60,000 nt of DNA from Malacoraja senta (GCA_038087875.1 CM075987.1:22570001-22630000), one strand, 5' to 3'; counted from the stretch's first letter, positions 24,152 through 48,793 are shown. Program-made: numbers and translations. Notes: generated by a model from the sequence alone, not told the origin.

Positions 24152-25064
24152 AAGGTTGATTGATTTATTTGTGCAGAACAGTGATGGAAGTCCGACTTTT
24201 GCTTTGTTTCTCTGAGTTTTTCTCTCTATATATACATAACAGCATGAATATAATCTGATTTCCATATATGAATACAGTCATTCATGTGCTGCACCTGTTG
24301 ATCAGAGCCTGGCTCTATTGTGGAATGTAATTAGGAATGTAATTTAGCCTAACCTTATTCATACCTCATCCAATGTAAAGCATAAATGTTGCATTCAAAT
24401 GCAAGTTAAAAGACTCGCTACAGAATGCACCAGATTGCACAATTTCAAGCTGAAAAATGCAAAAGCTCCCACACCCCCCCCCCAGTCGCTACGCTCCCTC
24501 ACAATTTCTCACTCTCAACTCTCACCCAATGTTAGCAGCCCTGCCTAATTCTAATCTAGCATCCCACCTCACCCGTCCCCCAGCCAGTTCCTCAACTGAC
24601 CCCCATCATCACTTCTCATCTTTCTCATCATTCCAAGCCTCCGTGTCCCTACTAAACTCCATGCCACATGCACCCAAATTCCCATCACTTTTTCTACTGC
24701 AAACTACTACACACCACAAGCCTTAAAGTGCATCCCTTAAACTCCCTTCCTATCGCACTGCAGCCTTTGCCCATTCCTCCCACATTTCATGTTCCAATCA
24801 TCTCCGCTGTACCCAATCCTAGTTGCCATCATGTGCTCCCAATTGAACCCAATGCATATGTCGCATCAGTGGATCAGTTCCTCAGCTACCCAAGTTCACA
24901 TTTCAACTAAGAGCAGTTTAAGATTATTTTAAAACCTGCAAACAAAGCTCATCTCTTGAAGTGACAGTGAAACTGCTATGTTGTTATTGCAACAACAGTT
25001 TTTGAGTATTTCATTGAGAAATGTAACTACTGCCATGACATGTTTTAAAAGTGTTTGGTATTTA

Positions 25065-25345
25065 GAGGTACAGACAAAACAGCCCACTGAGTCCACACTG
25101 ACCATTGATTACTCATTTACATTAGTTCCATATTACCCCACATTCTTGTCCACTCTTTACATATTAGGGGCAATTTGGAGGCCAATTAACCTACAAACCC
25201 ACACCTCTCCAGGACAAGGGAGGAAACTGGAGCACCCGGAGGAAACCTACGCAGTCACAGGGAGAACATGCAAACTTCACAAAGACAGTACCCGAATCTG
25301 GCTCTCAGGTGTTGCGAGGCAGCAGCTCTACCAACTGAGCCACTG
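25065..25345 (-). mobile_element. HE1-like SINE
   Basis: Reverse complement of the SINE at 45317 (CCAATTAACCTACAAACC, GGAAACTGGAGCACCCGGAGGAAACC, GGCAGCAGCTCTACC). Confidence 0.75.
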
Positions 25346-26601
25346 TACTGCACCTTCACTCCCATCACTCTTTTTCTACTGCAAACTCCAATTCATATCA
25401 CGCCTCAAAATGCATCCCTTAAATTCCCTCCGTCACACTGCAGCCTTTACCCATTTCAGATTTTAAAACCTAGCAATCATCGCTATACCCAGTCCCACAT
25501 TTGGCATCATGCGCTGTCATTGAATCCAATGCATTTGTCACATCAGTGGACCGGTACCTCAGTGCTCCAAGTTCAGAATTTCATCCAAGAGCAGTTTGAG
25601 AAATCAGATTTTTTAAATATTTTTTTTTAAATTGGCATTTTAAAGTGTTGAGACACAAATGGTTTTCCAATACTTCCTTGTGAAACATCAGTACTGCATT
25701 TATAAAGTTTGAGTCCATATAAGAATGAGGACTAAATGTTCAAGATAAATAAGCTGCATAACAATACACCACTCCTTTGGTCCTGCATAAGACCATTTAC
25801 TTGCATTACATGCATGAATCTCTGGAGCAGATTTAAACTTGACCACCTAACTCAAACAAAAAAATGCTACCCAATGAGTCACAAGAAAGCGTGAGTTTTA
25901 CATACAGGTAAATATTTCTTGGAAGAGTTATGGTAGTTTCATGAAACTAGAGGACAAAGTGAAATCAAGAATGTGGTTACATGAAGAATTAATTAAAAAT
26001 GATAAAATTCAAGGACTTGAATTAACTTGACTCCATGAATTGTTAATTTATTCCTGTTATGTACATGAATTATAAGTTACTTCCGTCTCTCCAACGTATT
26101 GTACAAATTCTTAAATAGACATCTCAATGTTAAATATATAGTTTCATCAAAACCAGTTCAGTGAGGAACACAATTCAAAATCCATTTTTTTCTAATGTAA
26201 TGCAAGGCAAATGACTGGTGTGAAAGTGAATCGATATTGTTCATAGTTCTTTCTCAGCAGCAGCCATCCCATCCCCTACATATTTGCCATCATTACCCTT
26301 TAATGAGTGATCCAAATGGGATGTTTATCAATTATTGAGGGGCATTAATAAGAATAGGAAAATTATTTACTTTAATGGGAAGCCCAGGGCCAAGAGCATA
26401 ATTCTAAAATTAGAACAGGATCATTCAGATTTGATATCCAGAAGTCTGGAATTCTCCCTATCCCAGTACAGCTCGATAAAGACTGGCCATTGGAGGTTGC
26501 AAAACAAAGATTTCTTGTGAGGTTATTACAGGCAACCAAGGCAGCTAAGTTAATTTAAGGCAATGATCTAAATGACTGGGATAAAAGGCTCGAAGATTGA
26601 T

Positions 26602-27035
26602 GGTCATAGAGTCACAAAGCACAGAAGCAGGACCTTCAGACAATATTGACCAAGATATCTACCCCGGTTAGTCCCATTTTCCTGCATTTGGCCCATATCC
26701 CTCTAAACCTCTTCTATCTATGTACCTATCCAAATGTCTTTTAAACATTGTAACTGTATCTGCCACAACAAATACCTCTGGCAGCTAGTTCCATATACCC
26801 ACTTGTGTATAAAATTTGCCACTCGGGTCCCCTTTAAATCTTTCCCCTCTACCTTAAATCTATCTTTTCTAGTTTTAGACTTCCCTACTCTATGATAAAG
26901 ACTGTGACCATCCATCTTTTCCATGCCACTCATGATTTCAAATACCTTTCGTGTCACCCCACAGCCTCCTGCACTCCAGTGAAAAAAAAGTCCAGTCTCT
27001 CCATATAACTCAAGCCCCCCCCAATCCCTGTAACA
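26602..27035 (-). mobile_element. CR1/HER1-like LINE 3' fragment
   Basis: Reverse complement of LINE ORF2 end and tail. Confidence 0.7.
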
Positions 27036-27566
27036 TCAACATTTACAGTGCACTACATGAGATGATGCCATGTGCAAGGCAGGGGGGGAAATAACGCACT
27101 ATAGGAAATTAAATGGAGAGCATGAGGCACATTAGTGGACAGTGCCTGCTTCCCACATGTTAAATTATTACACACAATCCATTTTAAACACAGCATTAAA
27201 AAAAAAACAGCAGTAGAGGGCAGCTTTTTTTGCAAAGAGAGGAAGATGGCCAGAATCCATAAATTACTCACTAATATTATTGATGGATATAAATCCCTTC
27301 ATAATTGATGGCATAATTCCACTTTAATACAAACAATAAGATGACTTTTGTGATGCTGAAGGTAGAATACAAATTTGTGATCCCACCAAATGAAAGAGGG
27401 CATTTCGGATAATTTCAAATGTGGCCAGTCTCGTGGTGCAAGTGGCAGGTTCAGTCTGTGCCGAGGCAGTGGGGAGTCAAATTAATCAATCTCTCAGTGT
27501 TGTGTTGAATCATCTGGTGGGTGACGTTCAGACTGGGGTGGGTGGAGCTAGAGGAAGATGACTGCA

Positions 27567-27675
27567 TCAGCTCGGATCTTCCACAATGCAGCAAGGTGGT
27601 AGCTCAGAAATTCTGTCCATGGACTTCAGTAGCTCAGATGCCAGCCGTAATGTTTCTGCTCCAGACATGAGCTGC
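27567..27675 (-). CDS. ENTR1: ENTR1 last coding exon
   Basis: QLMSGAETLRLASELLKSMDRISE...DPS*. Confidence 0.92.
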
Positions 27676-30600
27676 CTAAAAGGGGAATAAAAAAGCAGAT
27701 TATAAGCTTGGCAAGTTTTGCATTGCTACTAATTTAGATCTTCTGTGAGTTACATAGATATAAATCTTCATAGGAAAAATATTTCTATTACATTGATTCT
27801 ACTGGGATTTGAACCCAGACAAGATGAGAAACATTCCATCTCTATAATAAACACAAAAAATGCTAGACGCACTCAGCAAATTGGACTGCATCTGTGGGAT
27901 GAGAAATAAGGTTTCAGGTCAAAGGCCCTTTGTCAGGTCTAATTCTGAATCCCTGTTATATAGGGTTAATGTGGACACTCCAAGTCATTCAACAATCACA
28001 CTTATCCCTATAAGTCAGAGGGTAGGGACGCTCCTGGCCGAGCAACTGGGAACACTGTGGCCTGGGCTGTTCAAAGCCACACTGCTTGCCCTTGAACCCA
28101 CAGAGCTACTGGGGACTCATAGAAACATAGAAATTAGGTGCAGGAGTAGGCCATTCGGCCCTTCGAGCCTGCACCACCATTCAATATGATCATGGCTGAT
28201 CATCCAACTCAGTATCCCGTACCTGCCTTCTCTCCATACCCTCTGATCCCTTTAGCCACAAGGGCCACATCTAACTCCCTCTTAAATATAGCCAATGAAC
28301 TGGCCTCGACTACCCTCTGTGGCAGAGAGTTCCAGAGATTCACCACTCTGTGTGAAAAAAGTTCTTCTCATCTCAGTTTTAAAGGATTTCCCCCTTATCC
28401 TTAAGCTGTGACCCCTTGTCCTGGACTTCCCCAACATCGGGAGCAATCTTCCTGCATCTAGCCTGTCCAACCCCTTAAGAATTTTGTAAGTTTCTGTAAG
28501 ATCCCCTCACAATCTCCTAAATTCTAGAGAGTATAAACCAAGTCTATCCAATCTTTCTTCATAAGACAGTCCTGACATCCCAGGAATCAGTCTGGTGAAC
28601 CTTCTCTGCACTCCCTCTATGGCAATAATGTCCTTCCTCCAATCTTCTACTCCAATGGCAAAATGTTGGTTTCATCTCCAAAATGTTCTCCTGGTCTGAA
28701 CAGTGGAAGATGGAGAAGGCAGAATTAGCAATTCAAGGAGGCACTTCAATGAGGAATGAATGAAAGAGATGGGTCTGAGAGATATTGGATAGATGTGGGA
28801 GATTTGGGGAAAGATTGTAGGGTACAAAATAAACTTCCTAACTATTCATCCCATTCACTTCAATTATTTCCCTCGTCCAGTGTCTCCAATATTCTTTTGT
28901 TATTATAAAGCATTCAACTTGTCTTCCTGAAGAGTAAGTTGTCAGGTGCGTACTTCACCGAGGTCTCTGCTTCATGTGCAGTCTTCACAAGATAATCTGA
29001 GGCAAGTCGAGCACTGTTTTTTGCTGAACTCAGAGCAGCAGAATCTTGAGATCGAAGTATTTCATTCTCAGACTTGGACTGTTGCAGTTCTGCCTGTCAG
29101 CACAAAACAAATACACAATGAGATCCACATACAGTGAAGAGTGAAGGAGAGGGAGAAGAAGAGAGATGAGAGAGAGGAAAAGAGATGAAGGAGAGAAAAG
29201 AAGATGAGATAAAGGAGAGAAAGAGAAACGGGAGAGACAGAGGATAGAGAAAGAGGGGAGTGAGAGAAATATTTAAAAATAAAATACAATTCACACCATA
29301 CCTGTAGAGTTACAAGTTCCTGTCTCAGTTTAGTCACTGTGTTCTCTGCTTTCACAGCCCGTTTCTGAAATATATTAATAAATACAAAGACTTAATTACA
29401 AATCCAGTTATTTCAGTGCTGGTTGTTTCTCTCATGCAACCTTGTTAAATCAAAAGGTACTGGTAATGTTTCAACCAATTTGAATTTGAGCCAGAAAATG
29501 TAATTTCCATCTGTGATCCGAGCCTCGTCAGCCACCTCAACTGAGCTGGAACTATGACCCGAGACAAGATAGACACTAAATGCTGGAGTAACTCAGCGGG
29601 ACAGGCAGCATCTCTGGAGAGAAGGAATGGGTGACGTTTTGGGTCGAGACCCTTCTTCAGACTGAGAGTTAGGGGAGGGGGAGATACTTGAGATAACTTC
29701 ACTTTGCACTTTTTTTTTAAGACCAAAGATGCAGGTGAGGCCACAAACGTGAAGGAGAACTGAACTGGGGTACAGCTTTGATGAACCCCCAGAGATGTTC
29801 TAAGGAGAGCTACAGTAGCAGGGTTCTGCCCTTTCTCACAGGTTCTATCCTCACCGTCATCAGTTGCAGATTCTCTTCGACTTGCTGAACAATCGCTTCC
29901 AATGCTCGTGCCTCCTTCACCTCTTTAATTTTCCTTTTCTCCAGATCTTCTTCCAATCTCTTGGTCCTGGAAAAATGGCCAGTGGACACTGCATTATAGT
30001 ACATCATTACAGCACATCAATGTCGCTGTTTGAGGTCCCCCAGAGTAGCAACACAAAATGTCCCTTTACCACCATATGTCATTCCCCACTATCTTGACGA
30101 TGTGCATGTTCTTTGACACCAATTCCCGTAGCACCCCCCCCTTTCCCTAAATGCAATAGCAATTATACACAAGAGCGATTATACTATGCAGTGATTTTCT
30201 GCAGTACCACTACAACTAGCATGTCATAATGTTTTACCCTTGTGGCCTACAACGAACAAGTGAAAGGTCAGAGTCCAAGCCCTTCCAGCCAACCTCCAGC
30301 AGTTTAATGAAGGACAAAGGACATTTATTGTCACATACACCAATTGATGCAGTGACATTTGAGTCACCATGCAGCACACAAATAAGATAAACACAACACA
30401 ACATTGAACATAAAACATAAAAGCATCCCCCCACAGCGGAATCAACGTTTCCCCACTGTGAGGGAAGGCAACAAAGTTCAGTCAACTTCCTCATGTTCAA
30501 CCGTGGTCGGGGCCTATTGAGGCCTCTGCAGTCGCCGCAACGGCGGCCTGATGTTTCAGGCCCTCAAACAGAAGAACACTCTCAGCGGCTTGGAGTTTCA

Positions 30601-33600
30601 GAATCAGCTGCTTCCTACCGGAGACCGCGGCTCCCGAACTCCACAGGAGGAATACAAGTGCTGTAGTTCAATTTGCACAATTTGATCCCAGTATCTTTTT
30701 ATTGTTGGGGGGACATTAGCCCAAGCTGGCTGTATAGCCAGCCATCTGTCACTGTCAGTAAACAATGACAACTTGAACTAGGTGTATTGAGTTCATTCAA
30801 GAGCTGAAAGGTTGCTCTCAAATAAACATGAGGGGGGAAACCCCCCCCCACAAAAAGCAGATCATTGCTGCACTGCATTTTCTATTCATGCTGCATTCAC
30901 TTTTTAACTATTTTCAAAATTATTATACTCAGCACTTCGTACCTCCTTACATGGTCCTTTGCCAGTTGCTTTGCTTCTTTAGTCTGTCTTCGTAATAGGG
31001 CATTTTCTTCTTTCAGCTAGAAGAGGAACATGGGTTATTCCAAATATCTCCAGCTCTCAACAGCTCTGTTGCCCTTTGCTACCCCCAGACTCAATCTTTC
31101 CATTACTCTCTTGGAAGGCTCTCCATCTTCCACCAAACCCATCCAAAAGTCTGCTGTCTGTATCTCACTCATACACACTTCTCTTTGTGCACCTTGTTTG
31201 CTGCGATATAGTACCTCCTTGAACAGCAACAGGTTAGATTTAAAATTCTCATCCTCATGTTTAAATCCCTTAACACATTTGCCTTTCATCATCTCTAAAG
31301 CCTCCTTTAATCTATCAATGTTTGCATTGCTCCAACCATTTATTCATACATCACATCCTACTGAACACCAAAATTCCCTCTGAAAACATCACGATCCTTT
31401 TTACAGATCAATCGAGTAAATCCCATTGCTTTGCTTTCTCCTCATGTCTACATTTTTTTTCAAATATTTATCCAATTTCCTCACCTCTCCATAGCTCTCA
31501 AATCTTACTTAAAATTGGTGCTTTAATGAAATCTAAGTAGTGGGGAGGAGGGGTGGGAATACCAGCATTTTGAACGATATGAACTTACTTTCTCATTGCT
31601 TAGCAACTGACTTTGATAGAGAACCTCCCCGACCAAGTCAAAATTATCTTTTGGAGAGTCATGGCCATCGCAAGGAGGCTGGAGCTGCGAGGTTGCATCC
31701 CATTTGTTATGATCCTGCTCGACTTCCTCCTCCTCTTCATCATCCACTTGCCACTCAGACGGTGCATATTGGACGCTGTCATGTTGCAGTAGCTCGGTGG
31801 GGCTCAGAGTTGGCGGGTTGGGGGAGTCACCGTGGAGCAAGTCAGAAAAAACAAACTCATGAGCAGCCTCAATAACGGCAGGCTGGTACGTTTCACTCCA
31901 GTCATCATCCTCTTCGTCCAAAGAAGGACTGTTGGGCATCGGATCAGGAAAGTAGCTCTCTGGAAAATTCAGCCTCAAGTTCAATTCTTTGGGTGCAGCC
32001 AGACCCTTCTCAAAGGCAATTCCTGTGGAGCCCTGCAATGGAAGGTTTGAGTGAGGACAGGCAGGGGACAGTGGTATGGAGGGAAGCGGTGGAGAAAACA
32101 AGTTTAGGTTTATTATTGTCATGTGTACCGAGGTAAAGTGAAAAGCTTTGTTTTGCATGCTATCCAATCCGATCAAGTAATGATGTACATAAATGCAAAC
32201 ATTCCAAACTGAAGGATCTAAGGTAGAGCATTGTAGCACCTCAGTTCCACAGACAAAATCCAATGACTGCAATGGGGTGGAAGAGTCAGACTGCACCCTA
32301 GGTTATGGAAGGACCATTTGGAAACCCGATAATAGAGGGGAAGAAGCTGTTCCCAAGTTTGGCGATGTGCACTTTCAAGCTTCTGTAGCTTTGCCCGGGA
32401 GCATGGTGAAGGAGGAATGGCAGGGGAAGAACCAGTCTTTGATTACATTGGCTGCTTTTCCAAGGCAGCATAAAGTGTAGGTGGAGTCAATGGTGGGGGT
32501 CTGGTCTCCTGAACTGGACCAATAACCTGACAGAGAAATTTGCTAGAGCTACTTAAGACAGTTTAAAATAGTCTTGCAAGCGGGGTTGTACCCGAAGGGC
32601 GAGCGAGGGAGATGTGAAGGCTAAGGCAACTGCTCCAAGTTATAGAGAGCAGGTCCAGCAAAGGGGACAGGAGGAGTATAACAGGGAACAAGGCAAGTGT
32701 GTTGGTTTAAATAGCATTTATTTCAATGCAAGAGGCCTGACAGACAAGGCAGATGAATATGATATAAATAGGAATATTGAACCAGGATAATATAGAAATG
32801 TGGATGAGTCAGGAGTCATTAGCCATGGTCACAGTGAATGGTAGTGCTGGCTTGAAGGGCCGAATGGCCTATTACTGCACCTATTGTCATTTGTCTATTG
32901 TCTAAAAGTGTTTTATTGTAATATGTCCCAAAACAGAACAATGAAATTCTTACTTGCAGCAGCACAACAGATATGTAAACATGATAATCAGTAGACACCA
33001 TTATAAACAACAAAAAGCTCAATATATATATATTTTTAAGCAATATCGTGCAAAATCAAAAACCAAGCCCCAAATCCCTAGTGCAATCGAGGCAGCTCGG
33101 AGTTCAACCTTTAGTTGGAGTTCGCAGTGTTCGTAGTTGGAGTTAGTTGGAACGTAGGTTGTGGACAGGAGTGGCAGTTCAATGTTCTAGGGCACAAATG
33201 CTGCAGATAGAGCTGGAGGTAAAGAGGAGGAGGAGTTGTATTTTTCACGAGGGAGAACATCACACCAGTATTTAGAGAACATATTGCTGGTATCATTTGG
33301 CAAGGCTATTTGGGTGAAATTGGGTGGTTATTTTGATGGTATTGTACTCTAGGCCCTGCAATAGTTAGAGGAGAAAATATGCAGGGCGATCACAGATACA
33401 CGCAAGAACAATAAGGTTATAATAGGAAAGGATTTAAACTTTCCTAATATTGACTGGGACAGTCAAAGACATCGCAGGATAGGAGAGTGAAAAACTAGAG
33501 GACAGGTTTAAGGTGAGAGGGGAGAGATGTAGAAGGGACCAATGGTACAACTTTACATACCAAGGGTAGTTTATACAGAATGAGCTGCTAGAGGAAGTGG

Positions 33601-36600
33601 AAGAGGTGGGCACAATTATATTTTAAAAACAGTGAAACTTGGATGGATAATAAAGATTAGGAGGTGTATGGGTCAGATGTAGACAAATGGGACTAACTTG
33701 CATAAGCAACTTATTTAAGAAGGAACTGCAGATGCTGGAAAATCGAAGGTAGACAAAAATGCTGGAGAAACTCAGCGGGTGAGGCAGCATCGATGAAGCG
33801 AAGGAATTTCCTTCGCTCCATAGATGCTGCCTCACCCGCTGAGTTTCTCCAGCATTTTTGTCTACCTGCATAAGCAACTTGGTCGGCATGGATGTGTTGG
33901 ACTGCAGGGCCTGTTTCCATGCTGTATAGCTCTATGACGAGGGGAATGTCTGGGAACTATAATAATGGGCATTTATATGGTTTCCTTAGAGTAACACAAG
34001 GAGTATTATCAAAGAAACAATTGCACTAAGCTACATTCCCAAGATTGTATCTACTGTTAAAAAAAATTGAGAACAATTGTTTTTCTAGATCAGTAGACAG
34101 CCATTGCAAGATGAAAATCATTTTAATGACCAAAGGACAACTAATTAGAATCAAGGACTGTAGCACCATATCTAAAGTAGTTGTTGATCTGACATGTTAT
34201 GCATACATCAGCTCTGAAATCCTGACAGGGCCAGAAATACTGGATATGGGGAGGATGTTTCCCTTGACTAAGATCAAGGATGAGCATTCTCAGTCTTGGG
34301 CAATAGGGAGCGAAATAAGGGTGTTTCTTCACTTAGGTGAACCTGTGGAATTCTCTTCCACTGAGGCTATAAAGGCCAAGTCACTGCATGTTTTAAAGAA
34401 GTAGATATATTTCTAGACAGTCGGGGAAGAGAGCAGGATAATGGCTTGAAATAGATGATCAACTATCATGTTGATTGGCATAGCAGGCTTGTAGGGGCAT
34501 ACGGTGTATTTTCTCCGATTCCATTAAAATCCAATCTCTCTACCCCCTCCTCCTCCTTTAATTAGCTGGTAAACACTTCTGTCCTAATATACCTTTATAT
34601 GGATCATTGTTAGGTTCTGTATTATAAACACACTTGTGAAGTATATTAGAACATAAGACAAGAGAGAAATGGTCCCTCGTGCTACTCAATAAGATCAGTT
34701 GATCTACATCAACTCCATATCCCCTGATTCCCTTGGTATTCAAACACCTGTCAATCTAGTGTTGAATTGTAGTCTGCAACTGATAACCCTCATGACTTGG
34801 GTTAGAACATTGCAAAGCGTCACACCAATTTGAGTGAAGACGTTTCTCTTCATCTCATTCCTGGATGACTTACATAATCTGATTGTGAACTCTGGCTCAA
34901 AGCATTTCAGACGGGGTACATAGCCTCTCATTATCCTTTTTCCAAAATGCTTACACTAATAAATGCCATTGCTATGAGAATATAGGCCCATACAGCACCT
35001 TCAGTTCATAGTGGATCTGCTTTCTCATCTCTTCCCTTTTCGTTGTTGATCGACTTTTAATCTTGACAAATTCCTTAAAGGAAAAAGGGTTTGATTCTTC
35101 ATCATTCTTTTCCTTTTCACCTGGAAGTGGTAGAAAATTAAATGATACAGTTGGATACAGTATGGCAACATTTTGCTGTATGAGCTGGCCTTGATTAGGC
35201 CAAATTGATAAATTTGGTTTTCATAGCTCTAGGTTAGGGAGGGGGGGGGGGATACATAATCAGTCAGTGTTCTTGTACTGGTGGTTTATACTAGGAAACA
35301 CCCGGTGGATATTGAAAGGTTTATTAGTGCGATACTCTGGAATAGGTGAAAGGACACAAAGTGCTGGACTAACTCAACAGGTCTCACAGCATCTCTGGAG
35401 AACAAGGATAGGTAACTTTTCAGGTGCTCCACACTGGAATAGATAGGTTGCCTTGCGAGAAGAATTTGGACAGGCTAAGGGTGTTTTCACTAGAATTCAG
35501 AAGTGGAGATTTGATTGAAGTGTACAAACTTCTGAAGCCTTGACAGGATGTTTATAACTGGAGTCATTGTTTAAAACCAAAGGGTCACTATTTCAAAACA
35601 AAGACAAGGCAATCCTATTTTTGCTATTCCCATTTTTGAAATATCTTCCTCAAAGGTAGATAGATGGAATGCCTGACCAGCTGAGTTACTCTGCACTTTG
35701 TGTCTTTTGTAACTGCCTTTTGTCTTTTGTGTCAATGCTGAGAACTACATTCTGTACTCTGGTATCCATACCTTCACTCTACCTGCAAAAACAAGGAACT
35801 GCAGGTGTCGGTTTACAGAAAAAGACACAAAGTGCGAGAGTACCTCAGCTGGTCAGGCAGCATCTCTGGAGAACATGCATAGGTAACATGTCAGGTCGTG
35901 TCCAGCCTGAAATGTCACCTATCCACGTTCTCCAGAGATGCTGCTCTGTCCTTCACTCAACCTATTGTACTTGAGTTTGGCTTGATTGTATTTATGCATA
36001 GCATTATCTGAATTGACTGGATAGCATGTAAAATAATACTTTTCACTGTACCTCGGTACACGTGACAATAATAAACCTAAACTAAAGATTCTAGGTAAGT
36101 AAGGGGCGGGTGGGAAGGATTAGGATAGGCAGTCAGGAATGCAGAGTGAGATTTGTAATCAGAGCAGTCTCTATTTTTGCTTGTGTTTGTCGCCCTGCAA
36201 AAGACTGAAGTTCCCAGAGACACGAACAGTTCAATGCCTCCAATTCCACCACAACTCAAACAGGAGGGGGATCAACACAAAATGCTGGAGTAACTCAGCG
36301 GGTCAAGTTGCATCTCTGGAGAGAAAGAATGGGTGACATTTCGGGTCGAGATGCTTGTTCAGACCGAGAGTCAGGGGAGAGGGAGACTAGCGATATGGAA
36401 GGACAAGGTATGAAAACGACAGATCATAGCAGACGATGTTCAAGGTAGTGTACAATCTCTCCATCCCTCCCCACCCTAGTTCTCCAACTAGTTTCACTGT
36501 CCTGATTAATTTTACTGATTATACGCCTATTCACACAATATCTGTCGTTTTCACACCTAACCCTTCCATATCTCTAGTTACCCTCTCCCCTGACTCAGTC

Positions 36601-37104
36601 TGAAGAGAAGGGTCTCGACCCGATCCGTCGCCCATACCTTCTCTCCAGAGATGCTGCCTGACCCGCTGAGTTACCCCCAGCATTTTGTCTCTGTCTACAA
36701 TGGTTCATTGTTAGCCGAGGGGTGGAAACCTCACTTGCAAATGAGGCCAGACTACTGTCGTTTTCACACCTTACCCTTCCATGTCTCTAGTTTCCCTCTC
36801 CCCTGACTCAGGCTGAAGAAGGGTTTCGGCCCGAAACGTTGCCTATTTGTATTTCCTTCGCTCCATAGATGCTGCTGCACCCGCTGAGTTTCTCCAGCAC
36901 TTTTGTCTACCCCTTCTACATTGTTAGCCGATGGCGAGGTGACAAGGAGGCACACAATCAGTAAAACCCCGCCTGCGTGGTAAAAGTCGCATCTTCTCCC
37001 ACTTTGTCATCGGGTGCATGGACAGCTCCCGCAGTCACAACGCCCATTGCCGCCGCCATTGCCGCCGCCTCCTCACCTCGCTCTCCCCGGGAGCTCATCC
37101 TCAT
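27567..37104 (-). CDS. ENTR1: Endosome-associated trafficking regulator 1 (SDCCAG3), ~363 aa
   Basis: Exons 37077-37104, 34999-35120, 31589-32032, 30943-31016, 29855-29966, 29302-29364, 28954-29093, 27567-27675 join in frame. Motifs EESNPFSFKEF and coiled-coil ALEAIVQQVEENLQLMTKRAVKAEN; syntenic position. Confidence 0.9.
28118..28640 (-). mobile_element. CR1-like LINE 3' fragment
   Basis: ORF2 C-terminus (RTRGHSLRIRG..FFTQ) and tail (CATAGAAA)n on the + strand. Confidence 0.85.
28954..29093 (-). CDS. ENTR1: ENTR1 exon
   Basis: AELQQSKSENEILRS...AHEAETSV; cag|...|gtacgc. Confidence 0.88.
29302..29364 (-). CDS. ENTR1: ENTR1 exon
   Basis: KRAVKAENTVTKLRQELVTLQ; cag|...|gtatgg. Confidence 0.93.
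29855..29966 (-). CDS. ENTR1: ENTR1 exon
   Basis: TKRLEEDLEKRKIKEVKEARALEAIVQQVEENLQLMT; cag|...|gtgagg. Confidence 0.93.
30943..31016 (-). CDS. ENTR1: ENTR1 exon
   Basis: LKEENALLRRQTKEAKQLAKDHVR; tag|...|gtacga. Confidence 0.88.
31589..32032 (-). CDS. ENTR1: ENTR1 large internal exon
   Basis: 444-nt open frame containing SLDEEDDDWSETYQPAVIE; cag|...|gtaagt. Confidence 0.85.
32100..32510 (-). mobile_element. Rex1/Babar-like LINE 3' fragment
   Basis: The - strand reads ..YRSLKVHIAKLGNSFFPSIIG.., resembling a Rex1-type ORF end. The tail TTTATTGTCA..GTACCGAGGTA..GTGAAA recurs near 36040, 38255 and 54348. Confidence 0.55.
33713..33866. repeat. Penelope-derived near-perfect fold-back insertion with 14-bp TSD
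   Basis: ~60-bp arms centred near 33807; TGCATAAGCAACTT at 33699-33712 and 33867-33880; inserted in a LINE tail. Confidence 0.85.
34999..35120 (-). CDS. ENTR1: ENTR1 exon 2
   Basis: EKEKNDEESNPFSFKEFVKIK...; cag|...AAG|gtgctg. Confidence 0.85.
36275..36915. repeat. Cluster of Penelope-derived repeats (inverted and tandem copies)
   Basis: 36275-36415 is inverted relative to 36545-36695. A further copy at 36755-36912 has CTGAAGAAGGGTTTCGGCCCGAAACGTT. Confidence 0.75.
37077..37104 (-). CDS. ENTR1: ENTR1 probable first coding exon
   Basis: MRMSSRGER + G|gtgagg; phase 1 matches the next exon; start codon uncertain. Confidence 0.55.
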
Positions 37105-37262
37105 CGTCCCCCCGCCCGGTCTCGGCCTTGGCCCGGTCGCCAGGCGGTTGTCAAGGGGCGCTTGACCCCGGAACCCGTACCCCTCCGGGGGAGAGGGGGA
37201 GAGGGAGAGGAGGGGGGGGGGGGGGGGAAGATCAAGCGGCCGGAAGTCCATAGGCGGTCAAG
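37105..37262. promoter_or_regulatory. Bidirectional CpG-island promoter ENTR1/PMPCA
   Basis: Divergent ATGs 158 bp apart; ETS/GABP motif CCGGAAGT (37240-37247); YY1-like AAGATGGCGGC overlapping the PMPCA ATG; G-rich tract. Confidence 0.8.

Positions 37263-48793
<11,531 letters not shown>

Larger units (their letters stand above)
21571..24543. mobile_element. Composite hAT-like non-autonomous element
   Basis: Left TIR CAGGGCTGCCAAC (repeated internally at 22471 and 23323) and right TIR GTTAGCAGCCCTG. Flanks CCCAATTC / CCTAATTC give an 8-bp TSD with 1 mismatch. CTCACG subterminal repeats. Confidence 0.7.

Noticed and set aside
32033..32296. 5' extension of the 257-aa ORF as coding
   Set aside because: Upstream of the acceptor at 32033 and overlaps a LINE fragment.
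36958..37076. MAAAMGVVTAG.. frame as ENTR1 N-terminus
   Set aside because: Lies downstream of the GAG|gtgagg donor at 37077 and has no clear donor in the phase exon 2 needs; likely intronic.
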